Below, one piece after another: positions 20,997 through 31,806 of a stretch of DNA of 64,000 nucleotides. Under the pieces are notes generated by a model. It ran no database searches. It was not told the DNA's origin and saw nothing but the letters and a program-made list of their open reading frames with translations. Origin of the DNA: a virus. Location of the stretch: the IMG/VR virus record IMGVR_UViG_3300044591_002420, positions 61,004-125,003 of that record; one strand, 5' to 3'. Position 1 is the first letter of the stretch. Every line of letters begins with the position of its first letter. The position numbers and the translations under genes are program-made.

Positions 20997-21473
20997 ATGA
21001 ACCAAAAACAACAACTGATTCAACAAATCCAATCTCTTGAAGAACAACTGAAGACTACAAAAGAGCAACTGAAGAATCTCAAAGTCAAACCAGAAGACGC
21101 TGATATTGGTGACGTACTAGAAGACGGTTCAATCGTTTTTCTACGAGGTGATAATTTTATTATCGTTATGGCTAATCCAGAATTTGACTTATTTTGTCAA
21201 TATGACGACTCAATGGCGAATTATTTTGCATCTAAAGTGTGGAATGATCGTTCCATCGCCGAATGGTTTCTTCCTGATGTCAATCTTATGAAACGGGCGA
21301 TGCTTGTGCTACCAAATATGTTTAAAAACGAATATTATTGGACATCAAGTAAAGGTAAAGTGGATTTTAATCGTCAAAAGATTTTATGGTGCAATGGAGT
21401 TGTTCGGGGTTCAGAATCTACCGCTGGGGCTGATCTTTTTTATATGCGAGCCTTCAGGGTAATTCATTTTTGA
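20997..21473 (+). CDS. Coiled-coil + DUF1566/Lcl (C-type lectin-like) domain protein
   Basis: WFLP...YYWTSS...G...MRAFR pattern typical of DUF1566. Confidence 0.55.
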   Translation: MNQKQQLIQQIQSLEEQLKTTKEQLKNLKVKPEDADIGDVLEDGSIVFLRGDNFIIVMANPEFDLFCQYDDSMANYFASKVWNDRSIAEWFLPDVNLMKRAMLVLPNMFKNEYYWTSSKGKVDFNRQKILWCNGVVRGSESTAGADLFYMRAFRVIHF

Positions 21474-21477
21474 TAAC

Positions 21478-22518
21478 ATGGCTAAGAGTGATCAGCTTAT
21501 TCCAAAAATTCCCGAAGAAGCGTCTTCTGCGATTGATCTAGCCAAGAAAACAACAGACAGAGCTGTTCTTATCGCTCTTTCAAAACATAGTAATAATGAT
21601 GTAAGATTCTTTGTTGCTGAAAATCGTTACACTCCTATTGAGGTTCTCAGAGAACTTTCAAAGGATTGTTATTTTACTGTTCGGCTTAAAGTTGCGGGAA
21701 ATCCTTCAACTCCTTCGGATGTTTTAGAGAATATTATGGAAAATGATATTTCTCTTAAGGCAGCAGTGGAAAATAATCTTTCTTATAAAAGTAAAGATAA
21801 AGAAGAAGTTCAGGCTTTTCTTAAGAACATTAGTATAACTGATGCCAAAAATTTAGCGGAAAATATTAATACTCCTCCTGAGACACTTATTAAACTTGCC
21901 GGGCATAAAAATTCATATGTTACTCTTCTGCTATCTCGTAATCCCAATACTCCAGCAGAAGCTCTTAAAATTCTTGCAACCCTTGATGACCGTATTGTAA
22001 GAAATTATGTGTTTGATCATAATAATTCGTCAGCAGAAACCTTAGCTATTATTGATTGTATAGACGGTTTTACTACAGGAGAATATAGGATTCTTTACGA
22101 TAAACAGGCCCGTATTATTGAAAAATACAAAAGAGAAGAAACACAAAGAGTTACACAACGAGAACAAGAACAGAAACAACTAAAAGAAAAAGAAGAAAAA
22201 CTCCAGAGTGAATTAGAACATAGGCAAGAATCTCAAAGAATTCTCGCAATTATTAGTAATCCCGAAACACCTATTGAAGAATTATTAAAATACAGCTATC
22301 GTGAAGAAATCATTAACAACCCAACCTATAGGAGATACCTAAATCTCAATAAGACAGACCCAACTGATTTAGAAATTCTAGATTTTTTAGATTGGGTCTA
22401 TAATGCAGACACAGAAAAACTAGAAGCCTTTGCTGCACTAGATTTATCTAAGAAATTATCATTGTGGGAAAAACTAATTCTGTTCTTTAAAAATCTCTTT
22501 AACGGAAAAACATTATGA
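21478..22518 (+). CDS. Divergent LRV repeat protein with coiled coil
   Basis: Several NPxTPxExL repeats and a Q/E/K coiled coil. Confidence 0.8.
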   Translation: MAKSDQLIPKIPEEASSAIDLAKKTTDRAVLIALSKHSNNDVRFFVAENRYTPIEVLRELSKDCYFTVRLKVAGNPSTPSDVLENIMENDISLKAAVENNLSYKSKDKEEVQAFLKNISITDAKNLAENINTPPETLIKLAGHKNSYVTLLLSRNPNTPAEALKILATLDDRIVRNYVFDHNNSSAETLAIIDCIDGFTTGEYRILYDKQARIIEKYKREETQRVTQREQEQKQLKEKEEKLQSELEHRQESQRILAIISNPETPIEELLKYSYREEIINNPTYRRYLNLNKTDPTDLEILDFLDWVYNADTEKLEAFAALDLSKKLSLWEKLILFFKNLFNGKTL

Positions 22519-22796
22519 ATCGTTTTGAAAATCTTCTACTTGGTTTAGGTATTGCTGCTTTTATAGGATTGATTATTGCGATGGTCGTTCTCAACTATAA
22601 TTTCGAAAAGAATTATGTTGCAACGAATGATTGCCATCTCACCGGAAATACTAAAACCGAAGAATACTCATATTGGGTTACTACAGATGTAGATACCGGA
22701 GCTGGTTTTGTTGATTATGGCGAATACTCCACTTATGAGTATTATTGTAATGTCACCGGAAGCAATAAATGGTTTATGTATCGGTTTGACGACTGA
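22515..22796 (+). CDS. Small membrane-anchored protein
   Basis: N-terminal TM helix. Confidence 0.7.
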   Translation: MNRFENLLLGLGIAAFIGLIIAMVVLNYNFEKNYVATNDCHLTGNTKTEEYSYWVTTDVDTGAGFVDYGEYSTYEYYCNVTGSNKWFMYRFDD

Positions 22797-22878
22797 TGCC
22801 ACTTTGAAAGCTGTCCACCACTGAGTTCTCAGCCACGTTATTGGTGCTATAGTACATTCTACCAACAAGGAGTTTTTA

Positions 22879-23283
22879 ATGTCAATCACAACTGAACAAC
22901 TAAAAGAGATTTTCAATAAAGTTCTTTCGGAAATTGAAAATCTAAATGTTGCGAACCTTTCTTATTTTGAAAAGAAATCGCTAGCTTGTGATCCCAAAAC
23001 CTCACCGGAAATCTTAGCAGTTCTGGCTACCGATGAGGATTCTCTTGTTCGTTATTTGGTAGCAAGAAATCCAAACACACCACCAAAAGTCCTAGAACAA
23101 CTAGCGACCGATGTGGAATATTGGATTCGTTGTTGTGTAGCAAAACATCCAAACTATGAAAAAGCTACTGTAAGGGTTCCAGATCTATCTGTGGCTGAAT
23201 ATAATGCCCTAAAAGAACTACTCAAAAATACACAAAATCAAAGTCTAAAATCTCTTTCCATCAAACTAGGAGTCATTCAATGA
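22879..23283 (+). CDS. LRV repeat fusion protein (2 repeats)
   Basis: Canonical repeats flanked by unrelated helices; AAGGAG RBS. Confidence 0.8.
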   Translation: MSITTEQLKEIFNKVLSEIENLNVANLSYFEKKSLACDPKTSPEILAVLATDEDSLVRYLVARNPNTPPKVLEQLATDVEYWIRCCVAKHPNYEKATVRVPDLSVAEYNALKELLKNTQNQSLKSLSIKLGVIQ

Positions 23284-23540
23284 TCAAACGAATTATTGCA
23301 ATTTCAATCTGTGCTCTGCTTCTTACTTCATGCACACAGCTCGACCGAACAACTCGCATTCTGGAAGATCAAGGTTATTCAAATATTCAGACACACAGTT
23401 TCGGATTTATGCAACTGTTTCAGTGTTCTGAAGATGACACTTTTAGAACACCCTTTACTGCTGAATCATCCACAGGTCGGCAAGTTACCGGAGTTGTCTG
23501 TTCCGGTATTCTTAAAGGTGCCACCGTTCGTTTTGGTTGA
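23280..23540 (+). CDS. Putative lipoprotein
   Basis: Signal peptide with lipobox LLTSC. Confidence 0.7.
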   Translation: MIKRIIAISICALLLTSCTQLDRTTRILEDQGYSNIQTHSFGFMQLFQCSEDDTFRTPFTAESSTGRQVTGVVCSGILKGATVRFG

Positions 23541-23549
23541 GGAACTATT

Positions 23550-23930
23550 ATGAACATCACTGAGCACATTCAAAAAGCAAACGAAAACTTTATCAAACAA
23601 AGAGAAGCCTATTATCAGGAGATGAGAGTTATTGCTGAAGAATACACAAAAGAAGTTATTACTCCTTTCTGTGAACGTTATAATTTGACTTATGATTTTT
23701 CCGATCATCCTTTCGCAGCAGAACGAGGATTTTGGTATAATGGTGGTGCTAAGAATTATTACGTCAATAGAAAAGAGTACGCTCTAGAACGATATCCTAA
23801 AATCTTCTCAGGGTTTCCTGATTCATTTTGGGATGAATTGCATCAGATTTATGATACGACTTATTCGGGATGTCCAGACCGAGGAAGTGATACTATTTTT
23901 GATAATTTTTGCTCTTCTGTTTCAAAATGA
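23550..23930 (+). CDS. Hypothetical protein
   Basis: GAGG RBS. Confidence 0.7.
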   Translation: MNITEHIQKANENFIKQREAYYQEMRVIAEEYTKEVITPFCERYNLTYDFSDHPFAAERGFWYNGGAKNYYVNRKEYALERYPKIFSGFPDSFWDELHQIYDTTYSGCPDRGSDTIFDNFCSSVSK

Positions 23931-24160
23931 TAATCCCTCTAGGATCAAACCAAAACGAAAAAATTCTATCCAACGGCAATAAGATTCTCTTTTCTTATTC
24001 AAAACCTGTTGCCGCTTTTGTTGTTGGAGAAGGCTATGTGAGAACTTATGATCCATGTTCTTATACAACGAATTCTCACATCAATAAATGGACAGAAAAC
24101 AATGCCTGTGCTCTCGTACCACAAAAACGGATTGACGAGATCCTACATGCCGGTTCATAA
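23927..24160 (+). CDS. Conserved-type early phage protein
   Basis: ILFSYSKPVAA...TTNSHINKW motif typical of small early phage proteins. Confidence 0.7.
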   Translation: MIIPLGSNQNEKILSNGNKILFSYSKPVAAFVVGEGYVRTYDPCSYTTNSHINKWTENNACALVPQKRIDEILHAGS

Positions 24161-24231
24161 ACTGTCACATCTATCAGTCAAACATAATCATTCATAGTCT
24201 ACAATAAAAACATCCATTCCACTATTCGGAA

Positions 24232-24846
24232 ATGAAACCTCAATTCTTCTCTGCTCAAATTCCATTTATGGGATTTTATGCTTCCATTCATTCTGATGCT
24301 ATTGATCACGAAGAAGAACAACTGTTCACTTCTGATACAGGAAAATTCTATGATGCACTTTATGATGACTTTTTTCTTCATGTGAATTGGGAACAAGTTT
24401 ATCAGAAGTATGCAACAGTTTATTGCGATGAATTCGCTAAGACTTTTGGTATCACTCTTGATTTTGAAGAGTTAGTTTCTCCGAGAGAATATAACTTCCA
24501 AACCGATCGGATTTTCGCAAAGATCTCAAGGAATGATCTTGCAAAGATTCTTAAAAAAGTTCGCGGGGAGAAACTGAAGAATACAACCAATAAGCTCTTT
24601 TCTTCTCGGTCTGGTTTCGTTTCTTATTATTCCAATAACATCAGAGATTGGGGTAAAATTTCTACTTGGGACCACAATCAAATCTATGCAATTTTAGTTG
24701 CGTTCACTGAATCTTCTTTCTCGGAAGATGAGATCTTGTCTAGTATTTTTGAAAACAATAATGTTGGTGATTGGATTTATGAATCCGCAGATTATAAAGG
24801 TAAACTGGCCATAAAATTTGCCGATATTATGAGGAGAGTTTATTGA
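24232..24846 (+). CDS. Hypothetical early phage protein
   Basis: IPFMGFY...SPREYNFQTDRIF motif. Confidence 0.8.
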   Translation: MKPQFFSAQIPFMGFYASIHSDAIDHEEEQLFTSDTGKFYDALYDDFFLHVNWEQVYQKYATVYCDEFAKTFGITLDFEELVSPREYNFQTDRIFAKISRNDLAKILKKVRGEKLKNTTNKLFSSRSGFVSYYSNNIRDWGKISTWDHNQIYAILVAFTESSFSEDEILSSIFENNNVGDWIYESADYKGKLAIKFADIMRRVY

Positions 24847-25190
24847 TGGTCTACCTAAAAACAACAGAATCAAGAGAATCTGCTGCACGAAATCCAAACA
24901 CACCGCCAAAAACTCTAGAGCAACTAGCGACCGATGATGATTGGAATGTTCGTTGGAACGTAGCAGAAAATCCAAACACACCACCAAAAGCCCTAGAGAT
25001 TCTAGCGAGCGATGAGAATTCTCTTGTTCGTTGGAAGGTAGCAAGAAATCCAAACACCCCACCAAAAGTCTTAGAACAACTAGCGTCTGATGAGGATTGG
25101 ATGGTTCGTTATCGTGTAAAACATAATCCAAACACACCACACTACATCAAAAAGTATCTTAAAATTCAAGAACAACTAGCTAGATTATGA
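24846..25190 (+). CDS. LRV repeat protein (3 repeats + C-cap)
   Basis: Repeat consensus and cap. Confidence 0.85.
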   Translation: MVYLKTTESRESAARNPNTPPKTLEQLATDDDWNVRWNVAENPNTPPKALEILASDENSLVRWKVARNPNTPPKVLEQLASDEDWMVRYRVKHNPNTPHYIKKYLKIQEQLARL

Positions 25191-25357
25191 ACAAATATTA
25201 CCTTGCTATAGACCCAAACACTTCAACAGAAATCCTAGAACAACTGGCAACCGATGAGAGTCCTTCCGTTCGCTGTAATGTAGCAGAAAATCCAAACACT
25301 CAACATTACATCAAGAGGTATCTTAAAATTCAAGAACATCTTAGGACACTTCCATAA
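25187..25357 (+). CDS. Minimal LRV protein (1 repeat + C-cap), not in the ORF track
   Basis: Translated by hand: MNKYYLAIDPNTSTEILEQLATDESPSVRCNVAENPNTQHYIKRYLKIQEHLRTLP. Confidence 0.75.
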   Translation: MNKYYLAIDPNTSTEILEQLATDESPSVRCNVAENPNTQHYIKRYLKIQEHLRTLP

Positions 25358-25574
25358 CTGACCACCAACCCGCATCTGCTCCACAATATTTCTGCTATTA
25401 TGATAAAGCCAACGGAGATTTTCAATGAATTCTTCTGAACTGATTCAAGGACAAATTGAAGCACTAATGCCATCTTATCTTCGTGCCAAAGAAGATGCGA
25501 TTAAAACAGGTAAAGCCGAAGAAAAAATCGGTTCAGATTCACTTAATTTTTATCTCAATTAAACCAAAATTAAA

Positions 25575-25913
25575 ATGGAAAACTACATTCAAGACAATCA
25601 ATTAGGATTCAATGTACCACGAAAAAGTTGGGTTGAAGGGCCATTCTCTATCCTCGTTAATACAATAAAAGAAAAATTAGGAGAAGAAACACTAGATTTT
25701 TCCAATGACTTCTTTAGTCTTAGAAGTTATCATTGGGGTGATGACGAGGATATATTGGGGGAACCCAATTTTGAAATTCCGAGTGAGAATTTTAAACTAG
25801 ACTGGTACAAATATCCGTTTAGATGTTCCTATTCATCAGAAAAACTTACACCCAAACGTTGGAACGATCTCATCCAAAAATGTATTAAAAGTCTTGGCGA
25901 GGACAATCAGTAA
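25575..25913 (+). CDS. Hypothetical protein
   Basis: ORF with YHWGD..PNF..WYKY motif. Confidence 0.7.
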   Translation: MENYIQDNQLGFNVPRKSWVEGPFSILVNTIKEKLGEETLDFSNDFFSLRSYHWGDDEDILGEPNFEIPSENFKLDWYKYPFRCSYSSEKLTPKRWNDLIQKCIKSLGEDNQ

Positions 25914-25980
25914 ACTGGAACAGTAACCCACTGCTGATCCAGACTCTTTGATATATTATGATAGTTCGCAATCATTTCTC

Positions 25981-26457
25981 ATGCACATCTTTGAATTCGG
26001 TGTCACCACCTTTATTGGTTGGCGAAATGTTGAAACTGTTTATGTGAAAGCAGCATCTTCATCTGATGCAATAAAATTCATGCGCACTCTGGCAGATGAA
26101 GATGATGAGACGAAACCTTATGCTGATTTCAGGTTTCGTACTTCGGTTCCTGAATGTTGTCTTCCTGTAGATCCAGAAATTTTGGATGCAACAGAATCTC
26201 CATCTTTTGTGCTTGTTATCAGTGAAGAGAAACAAGAATTTGAATGGTTGGAATGGTATTCTGTTCGTATGGACAATAAAATTATTGGTGACATTGGCCG
26301 AAACCAAAATGTCCAAGAAAATTATTACTTTAGCGCATACGAAAGTTCTTATTGTGATCGTGCAAGACTTGATCTGGATTTTAGCGGATCTTTTGATACA
26401 TTGGAAGAAGCCAAAACTAGAGCTTATGAGTATGCGGAATATCTCAATTTTTCGTGA
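25981..26457 (+). CDS. Hypothetical protein
   Basis: ATG after the -10 of palindrome 25900. Confidence 0.7.
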   Translation: MHIFEFGVTTFIGWRNVETVYVKAASSSDAIKFMRTLADEDDETKPYADFRFRTSVPECCLPVDPEILDATESPSFVLVISEEKQEFEWLEWYSVRMDNKIIGDIGRNQNVQENYYFSAYESSYCDRARLDLDFSGSFDTLEEAKTRAYEYAEYLNFS

Positions 26458-26498
26458 TAATCTGCGCCTTATTCCAACACTCAAAAAATTCTAAAATC

Positions 26499-26711
26499 AT
26501 GACACAACTCAATCTCACATCTGGACAAATTCTTGATATTATTGCTTCTCTACGTTGTAGTCGGCAATGGGCACATAAAAATCGTGAACAGTATGGACAC
26601 TTGGCTGTTTATTATGACAACATGATTAAACAATTTGAGGATGTTTATGATAAGTTACAGGAGCTTCCTGGTGAAAAGAGAGAAGCTCATCTGATTCTGG
26701 CGATGAATTAG
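26499..26711 (+). CDS. Hypothetical protein
   Basis: Packed ORF. Confidence 0.6.
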   Translation: MTQLNLTSGQILDIIASLRCSRQWAHKNREQYGHLAVYYDNMIKQFEDVYDKLQELPGEKREAHLILAMN

Positions 26712-26815
26712 GACGGTTCATAAGGTGGCACAATAACTCAGCGCGACCGGCAAGAAGGCGTTATCTTATAAAAGTCAACCGACAACAACCACAACACACC
26801 GGAGGAAACACAATC

Positions 26816-27091
26816 ATGGCTCGTAAATCTGTTACTACCGATTCCAGCGTTCAATCTTTCGCAACCGCCGAAGATCTGAAAGGTTATCTTCAGACTCTGG
26901 AAGATTCCACCACTAAAGCTGCCACGGAATCGGCCCAGAAAATGGAGACTACCGTAACCATCAACGGTAGGCCCGTTCGCTGCACCGTCACTCCGCCCGC
27001 TAAGGCCGGCCGCAAGCCCTACACGCTCTTTTATGTGGGCGATAAGCGTCAGGCCAAAAAGACCATTCCCACTGCTATTCTGGTGGTCTGA
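26816..27091 (+). CDS. Small basic protein with GC-rich codon usage
   Basis: Strong GGAGG RBS, own palindrome promoter (26710). Confidence 0.75.
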   Translation: MARKSVTTDSSVQSFATAEDLKGYLQTLEDSTTKAATESAQKMETTVTINGRPVRCTVTPPAKAGRKPYTLFYVGDKRQAKKTIPTAILVV

Positions 27092-27533
27092 ACGGCGAAG
27101 TGGCACAGTCAATATCGGGGAGAAAACAAGACTCCCCGATATTTTTCATTCATCTAAAAATTCCCAAAATGTCTGAAAAAGAAGCAGCAACACGTGCCGA
27201 TAGTCTTGCTAAAATTCCATTGCCGAAGATTAATAACACCACTAGACCCGATCTAAGTCGGTCATTTAATCATCAAAATACCGCTCCAGATTCTTCAAAA
27301 GAAAGATCTCGCCGATGGAATAATAAGAAACCTTTGTATGAATTTTTTAACACGCTCAGACAAGTTCCATGAAAATCCTAATCTATTTGATGGTCGCGCT
27401 AGGTGTTTATGCTGGTTTCGTTGATGCTGGCGCCAAACAAGATGTATCTCTCAACAACGCAATATTTTGGCCAGTATCACTTCCTTATATGATAACCAAG
27501 GACTATCTACAACACAACAAATGAGGAAAACCC

Positions 27534-27875
27534 ATGCTTTTTTCTAATGATGCTTTTAGTGGAGAAGGAGAATATAGTGGAACATTTCTTCATCATTTTC
27601 TGATTGAATGTGCAGCAAAACATGGCGAAACAAATCCAGGTTTTATTGAACGAATCGCGGAAAAAGAACAAACTGATGTCACATTGACTATTGATGGAGA
27701 AGAAGTTGATATAAGCGAAACTCTTCAATTTTTCTGGTCACAAATGGATAACATGATTAAAGAGCGAGCATGCAAACTAATGCGCGACAAATTTGTTGAT
27801 ATTAGTGATAATTTACAGATTATTGAAAATGAAGTTCTTCATAAGATGAAGGATGAACTCGGGTTTGATTATTAA
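27534..27875 (+). CDS. Hypothetical protein
   Basis: GAGG RBS. Confidence 0.7.
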   Translation: MLFSNDAFSGEGEYSGTFLHHFLIECAAKHGETNPGFIERIAEKEQTDVTLTIDGEEVDISETLQFFWSQMDNMIKERACKLMRDKFVDISDNLQIIENEVLHKMKDELGFDY

Positions 27876-28243
27876 TGATTATGTCAAAGAATGAAGATAT
27901 TACGAAGCTAACACTTAATGAAAAATGTAATCAAGCTAGAGATCCAAACACTCCACCAAAAACTCTAGTACAACTAGCTACCGATGAGGAATGGTATGTT
28001 CGTTATTGGGTAGCACTAAACCCAAACACTCCACTAAAAGTTCTAGAACATCTAGCAGCCGATGAAAATTATTGGGTTCGTGATGAAGTAGCAAATAATC
28101 TAAACACACCAATAAAAACACTAGAACAACTAGCGAGCGATGAGTATATTAGTGTTCGTCTTGAAGTGGCAAGAAATCCAAACACACCACACTACATCAA
28201 GAAGTTCATTACCATTCAAGAACAGCTTAGGTCACTTCCATAA
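27875..28243 (+). CDS. LRV repeat protein (3 repeats + C-cap)
   Basis: Repeat consensus and cap. Confidence 0.85.
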   Translation: MIMSKNEDITKLTLNEKCNQARDPNTPPKTLVQLATDEEWYVRYWVALNPNTPLKVLEHLAADENYWVRDEVANNLNTPIKTLEQLASDEYISVRLEVARNPNTPHYIKKFITIQEQLRSLP

Positions 28244-28309
28244 CTGTCACAATAACCACCAATAACACCATAGAAATCTGCTAGTATTCAACTACAAACC
28301 GATCTTCTC

Positions 28310-28573
28310 ATGTCAACACGAATTATTACCCACTACAATCCACCACCACATCGCCGTTCTTTTGGTGGATTTATTCGCTTTCTTCGTAGCGTTATTAATA
28401 TTTTGTTGTTGTTAATTGGCTTTATCATCGCATTTTATCTCGCAGTCGCTATTTTGTCATTTTTTGTGGTTTCAATAATTAAAGGAAATGTTATTGGAAT
28501 TATTGGCAGTATTGTAATCGCACTCATCGTAATCATCGTCACTTATCTAGTGGAAGCATATAAAAACTACTAA
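28310..28573 (+). CDS. Membrane protein
   Basis: Two TM helices. Confidence 0.7.
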   Translation: MSTRIITHYNPPPHRRSFGGFIRFLRSVINILLLLIGFIIAFYLAVAILSFFVVSIIKGNVIGIIGSIVIALIVIIVTYLVEAYKNY

Positions 28574-29018
28574 TTTATGATAAGTCTAGTAATTTATGTC
28601 ATTTCGTTTCTTCTACTGACCCTCTTATATTGTGCAGGATCATTAATGATTTTTTTGATTATTGAAATCCTAAATGAATGATGTGTCAGTTGAGCTAGTG
28701 TCCACTCCGACAGTGGTTATTCTGTTGAAGGAGTTATACTTAAAAAGTCTTCAAATCTTCAGTGAAACTCATGTTTGGCAACACGCTCATAATCTACATG
28801 AAAAGTGGCAACAAAATTGTGTTGCCCTTTATTTCCGAATATGCCTTTAGAGCAGATGGTGAATCTATCACTTATATTAAAATCACGAGAATTTGGTGGC
28901 TTGAATGGTTGTCACGTCAAAAGTTAATCGTTGAAACAATCAATCTGTCTCAGATTGAAGCGGTCTGTGTAAAATAATAATTATCAAACTGATTAAACAC
29001 TCCACCCCTTTACCATCC

Positions 29019-29864
29019 ATGAAACTTCAAGAAATCATTGCCCATCTGAACACCAAAGAAGAACCCTATTCCGGTGAAGATCTTCAAAGGAAACTTGGTC
29101 ACCAAAATCCAGTGGATCTTTCAATCCATGGATTCTCTTTACGTGTGATCCAGAAATATAGCACATCCGTAAGAGCTGCTTATCATCTCATTTACCATAA
29201 TGGTGTTCCAATTTGTATTGCTCATTTTTATCAATCATTTCAATATTTATTGGCTGAATACTGTTGGATCAGTGAAGAAATCTATTGGAATATCCTGAAA
29301 ATTATTAAAAATATTCACTCTCAAGATATTCGTCTTATTGTTCAAAATGAAGAATGGGATCCCGTTGATATTGAACTGAAACCAATTAGTGAAATTATTC
29401 TGTCCGAAAAACAGAAACTTGAACTGGCAAAAAATCCAGATACTTCTTCTGGATTGTTGGAGTTTCTTGCATCCGATGAGAATGAAGAGGTTCGTCGTCG
29501 TGTAGCAGAAAATATAAACACTCCACCAGAAATTCTTGAACAACTAGCGACCGATAAGGATCCTTATGTTCGTTGGTTTGTAGCACGAAATCCAAACACA
29601 CAATCAGAAGCCTTAGAACTTCTAGCAATCAATAATGATTTTGGTGAGTATCATTGGGGAATTCACTGTGGAGTGGCAAATAATCCAAACACTCCATTAA
29701 AAACTTTAGAACTTTTTGTGACCCATAATAATGGCGCAGTTCGTTATTGTGTGGCAGGAAATCCAAACACACCAACAAAAATTCTAGAAGTGTTGGTTAA
29801 TGATGAGTTTCCTAATGTTCGGGAACGAGCGGCAGAAAATCTTAAATCAAGGACGGTTGCTTAA
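29019..29864 (+). CDS. Fusion of unknown N-domain with 5 LRV repeats
   Basis: Canonical repeats in the C-terminal half. Confidence 0.85.
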   Translation: MKLQEIIAHLNTKEEPYSGEDLQRKLGHQNPVDLSIHGFSLRVIQKYSTSVRAAYHLIYHNGVPICIAHFYQSFQYLLAEYCWISEEIYWNILKIIKNIHSQDIRLIVQNEEWDPVDIELKPISEIILSEKQKLELAKNPDTSSGLLEFLASDENEEVRRRVAENINTPPEILEQLATDKDPYVRWFVARNPNTQSEALELLAINNDFGEYHWGIHCGVANNPNTPLKTLELFVTHNNGAVRYCVAGNPNTPTKILEVLVNDEFPNVRERAAENLKSRTVA

Positions 29865-29931
29865 CTGTCCACTGATGCCACCAGTGACTCGGTAACCATC
29901 TTATATTGATTCTGTTCCCAGAGAATTTCTC

Positions 29932-30904
29932 ATGTCACTCACACCAGAAGAGATGGAAACGTTGGATCTTCGTTCGCCACGATGGCTTGAAGATCCTATT
30001 TCTTTCGTTGATAAGTATCATACGGATAATGAGATTGTTGATCTCTTGATGAGTGATAGAGGAGTTCTTAAGAATTTTCTTTCTACACTCGGTTGTAGTC
30101 TGTCTAATCGTCAAGTAAGAGAAAGTGCTAATTCCGCTACAAGATGGATTAATGATCTCAACTCTTGTGAAGAGAAAGAAGGACTTACCGATGATATGAA
30201 ACTATGGAGAATGGGCCACAAGGCTATGCTGGCATGGTTGCATTCTCATAGAGCCAAGCGATCAACTTATAGCACAACAAATCCGAATCAATATCGCAGA
30301 CAATAATAACATCAATTTCATTCATTTTTCAACAAAATCATGATCTTCACACAAGAGGATGTTTTCAAACTCACTAATCTTCTTAATGAAAAATTGGGAG
30401 ACTTTGGGTATTTTAAAGTTTCCTACACTGCTCTAGGTGGTGCAGATCGGGCATCACTGTTTGTTCATTCTTCAAGACAAAAACAAAAAGAATGGCTCTA
30501 TGGCATTTATCATAACAGTGATTATGCGATCTTTTGTCTGGATTATCTTGGTAAAATGGAGATCATCAGCAGACATCATCAGATGCCAAAGATGCGCAAA
30601 TGTAACATCAAATCTCTTGAAGATGCCGCCGATAGAATTGCCAAATATCTTCTTAGTGTCTCATAATAACATCATGTATCTTTATACAGTTGAAATTCAT
30701 TTCCGATATAACGACGAGATTATACAACTTGTTTGTATTAACGATGCTTTGTCTTATCTTATATACACCTTTGATAAATCAGAAGATATTCTTGAATATA
30801 CAATTAGTTGTGGCGCAAATACGTTATTGACCAAAGAATTTTTTAGTTTTCCTTGCGACAAACTTGTAACAGAATTTCATTTTGAAGATCCTTATGCAGT
30901 GTGA
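29932..30904 (+). other. Three hypothetical early genes (29932..30306, 30340..30666, 30674..30904)
   Basis: Co-directional ORFs between palindromes 29850 and 30901. Confidence 0.7.
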
Positions 30905-30983
30905 CACTTAAACAACTGACACATAACCACTACCATTCCGTCAGAAGAACGGTTATTGTTCATTTATTCCCGACTTTCACACC

Positions 30984-31619
30984 ATGAAGTATCGGCTCCA
31001 AATTAAAGAACATGAAGAATATGGTAATCTCGGTGCAATCATTTTAGGGCCACGATCACGTTCTTATCATGATCCATTTTCGGGTCTGACAATAGCTCAT
31101 GATATTTTGGAGCATCCGACTAAAATTCATCCAGATCCCTTTATTGATGAATTGTTGGCGCTTGGTGGAATAATTGCTGGACGGCGTTGGAATACTTATA
31201 CCGTGAACCAAGAATCATTAAAAGGTGTTCTTCGTGATTTGATGGAACAAACACCCGTAGCTTTTATGATGAATAGTTCTTTTTCTAATAACAAAACTCT
31301 TAAGAATCAAGATCAGTTTGAGGAAATTCGGACTATTGTAGCGAATGCTGGAACAGAATTGTATAGAGATCATTATTCAGATGAAATTTGTCCCGTTTTT
31401 AATGAGCCTCTTATCGTTTCCTGGATCTGCGAAGGTTATTCAAGATTCAAGAAAAGATTTAGGCGTTACGATCTTTATGACATTTCAAATCACATGTTTG
31501 ACTCAATAAAATACAAGGTAGATCGGTGGATTGAACAAGCCGAGATAGGAGATACTGCCGATTTATATGTGAATTTTAATCGTTGTGGTGTATATTTGAT
31601 TCCATCTCATCAAAGGTAA
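30984..31619 (+). CDS. Hypothetical protein (AHDILEH, possible metal-binding motif)
   Basis: Long ORF after palindrome 30901. Confidence 0.75.
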   Translation: MKYRLQIKEHEEYGNLGAIILGPRSRSYHDPFSGLTIAHDILEHPTKIHPDPFIDELLALGGIIAGRRWNTYTVNQESLKGVLRDLMEQTPVAFMMNSSFSNNKTLKNQDQFEEIRTIVANAGTELYRDHYSDEICPVFNEPLIVSWICEGYSRFKKRFRRYDLYDISNHMFDSIKYKVDRWIEQAEIGDTADLYVNFNRCGVYLIPSHQR

Positions 31620-31806
31620 CCAAATCATGACCCATAAGGATCCTTGGAATAGGAGAAAGGTGAAAATGCACCCTAATTATAAGACTTCTCGTTGGAATTT
31701 TTTCAAATTTCTGTTCGGGTGAATGGACGGTTCAAGAAGTGGCACAGTCCGAACGTTGCTGACCCATAAGAGTTGCTATATTGATTCTGTTCCCAAAGGA
31801 GATTCC

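Noticed and set aside
89-29628. Recurrent minus-strand ORFs 'MVCLDF..NEH..HRSLVVL' over LRV genes
   Set aside because: They are antisense shadows of the 78-bp repeat, with no promoter, RBS or independent conservation
70-29864. LRV variation as the product of a diversity-generating retroelement
   Set aside because: Many variable codons fit NNT/NNG, but scaffold adenines including synonymous ones (cca, gta, gca, aaa) stay fixed, and no RT or template repeat is in the window
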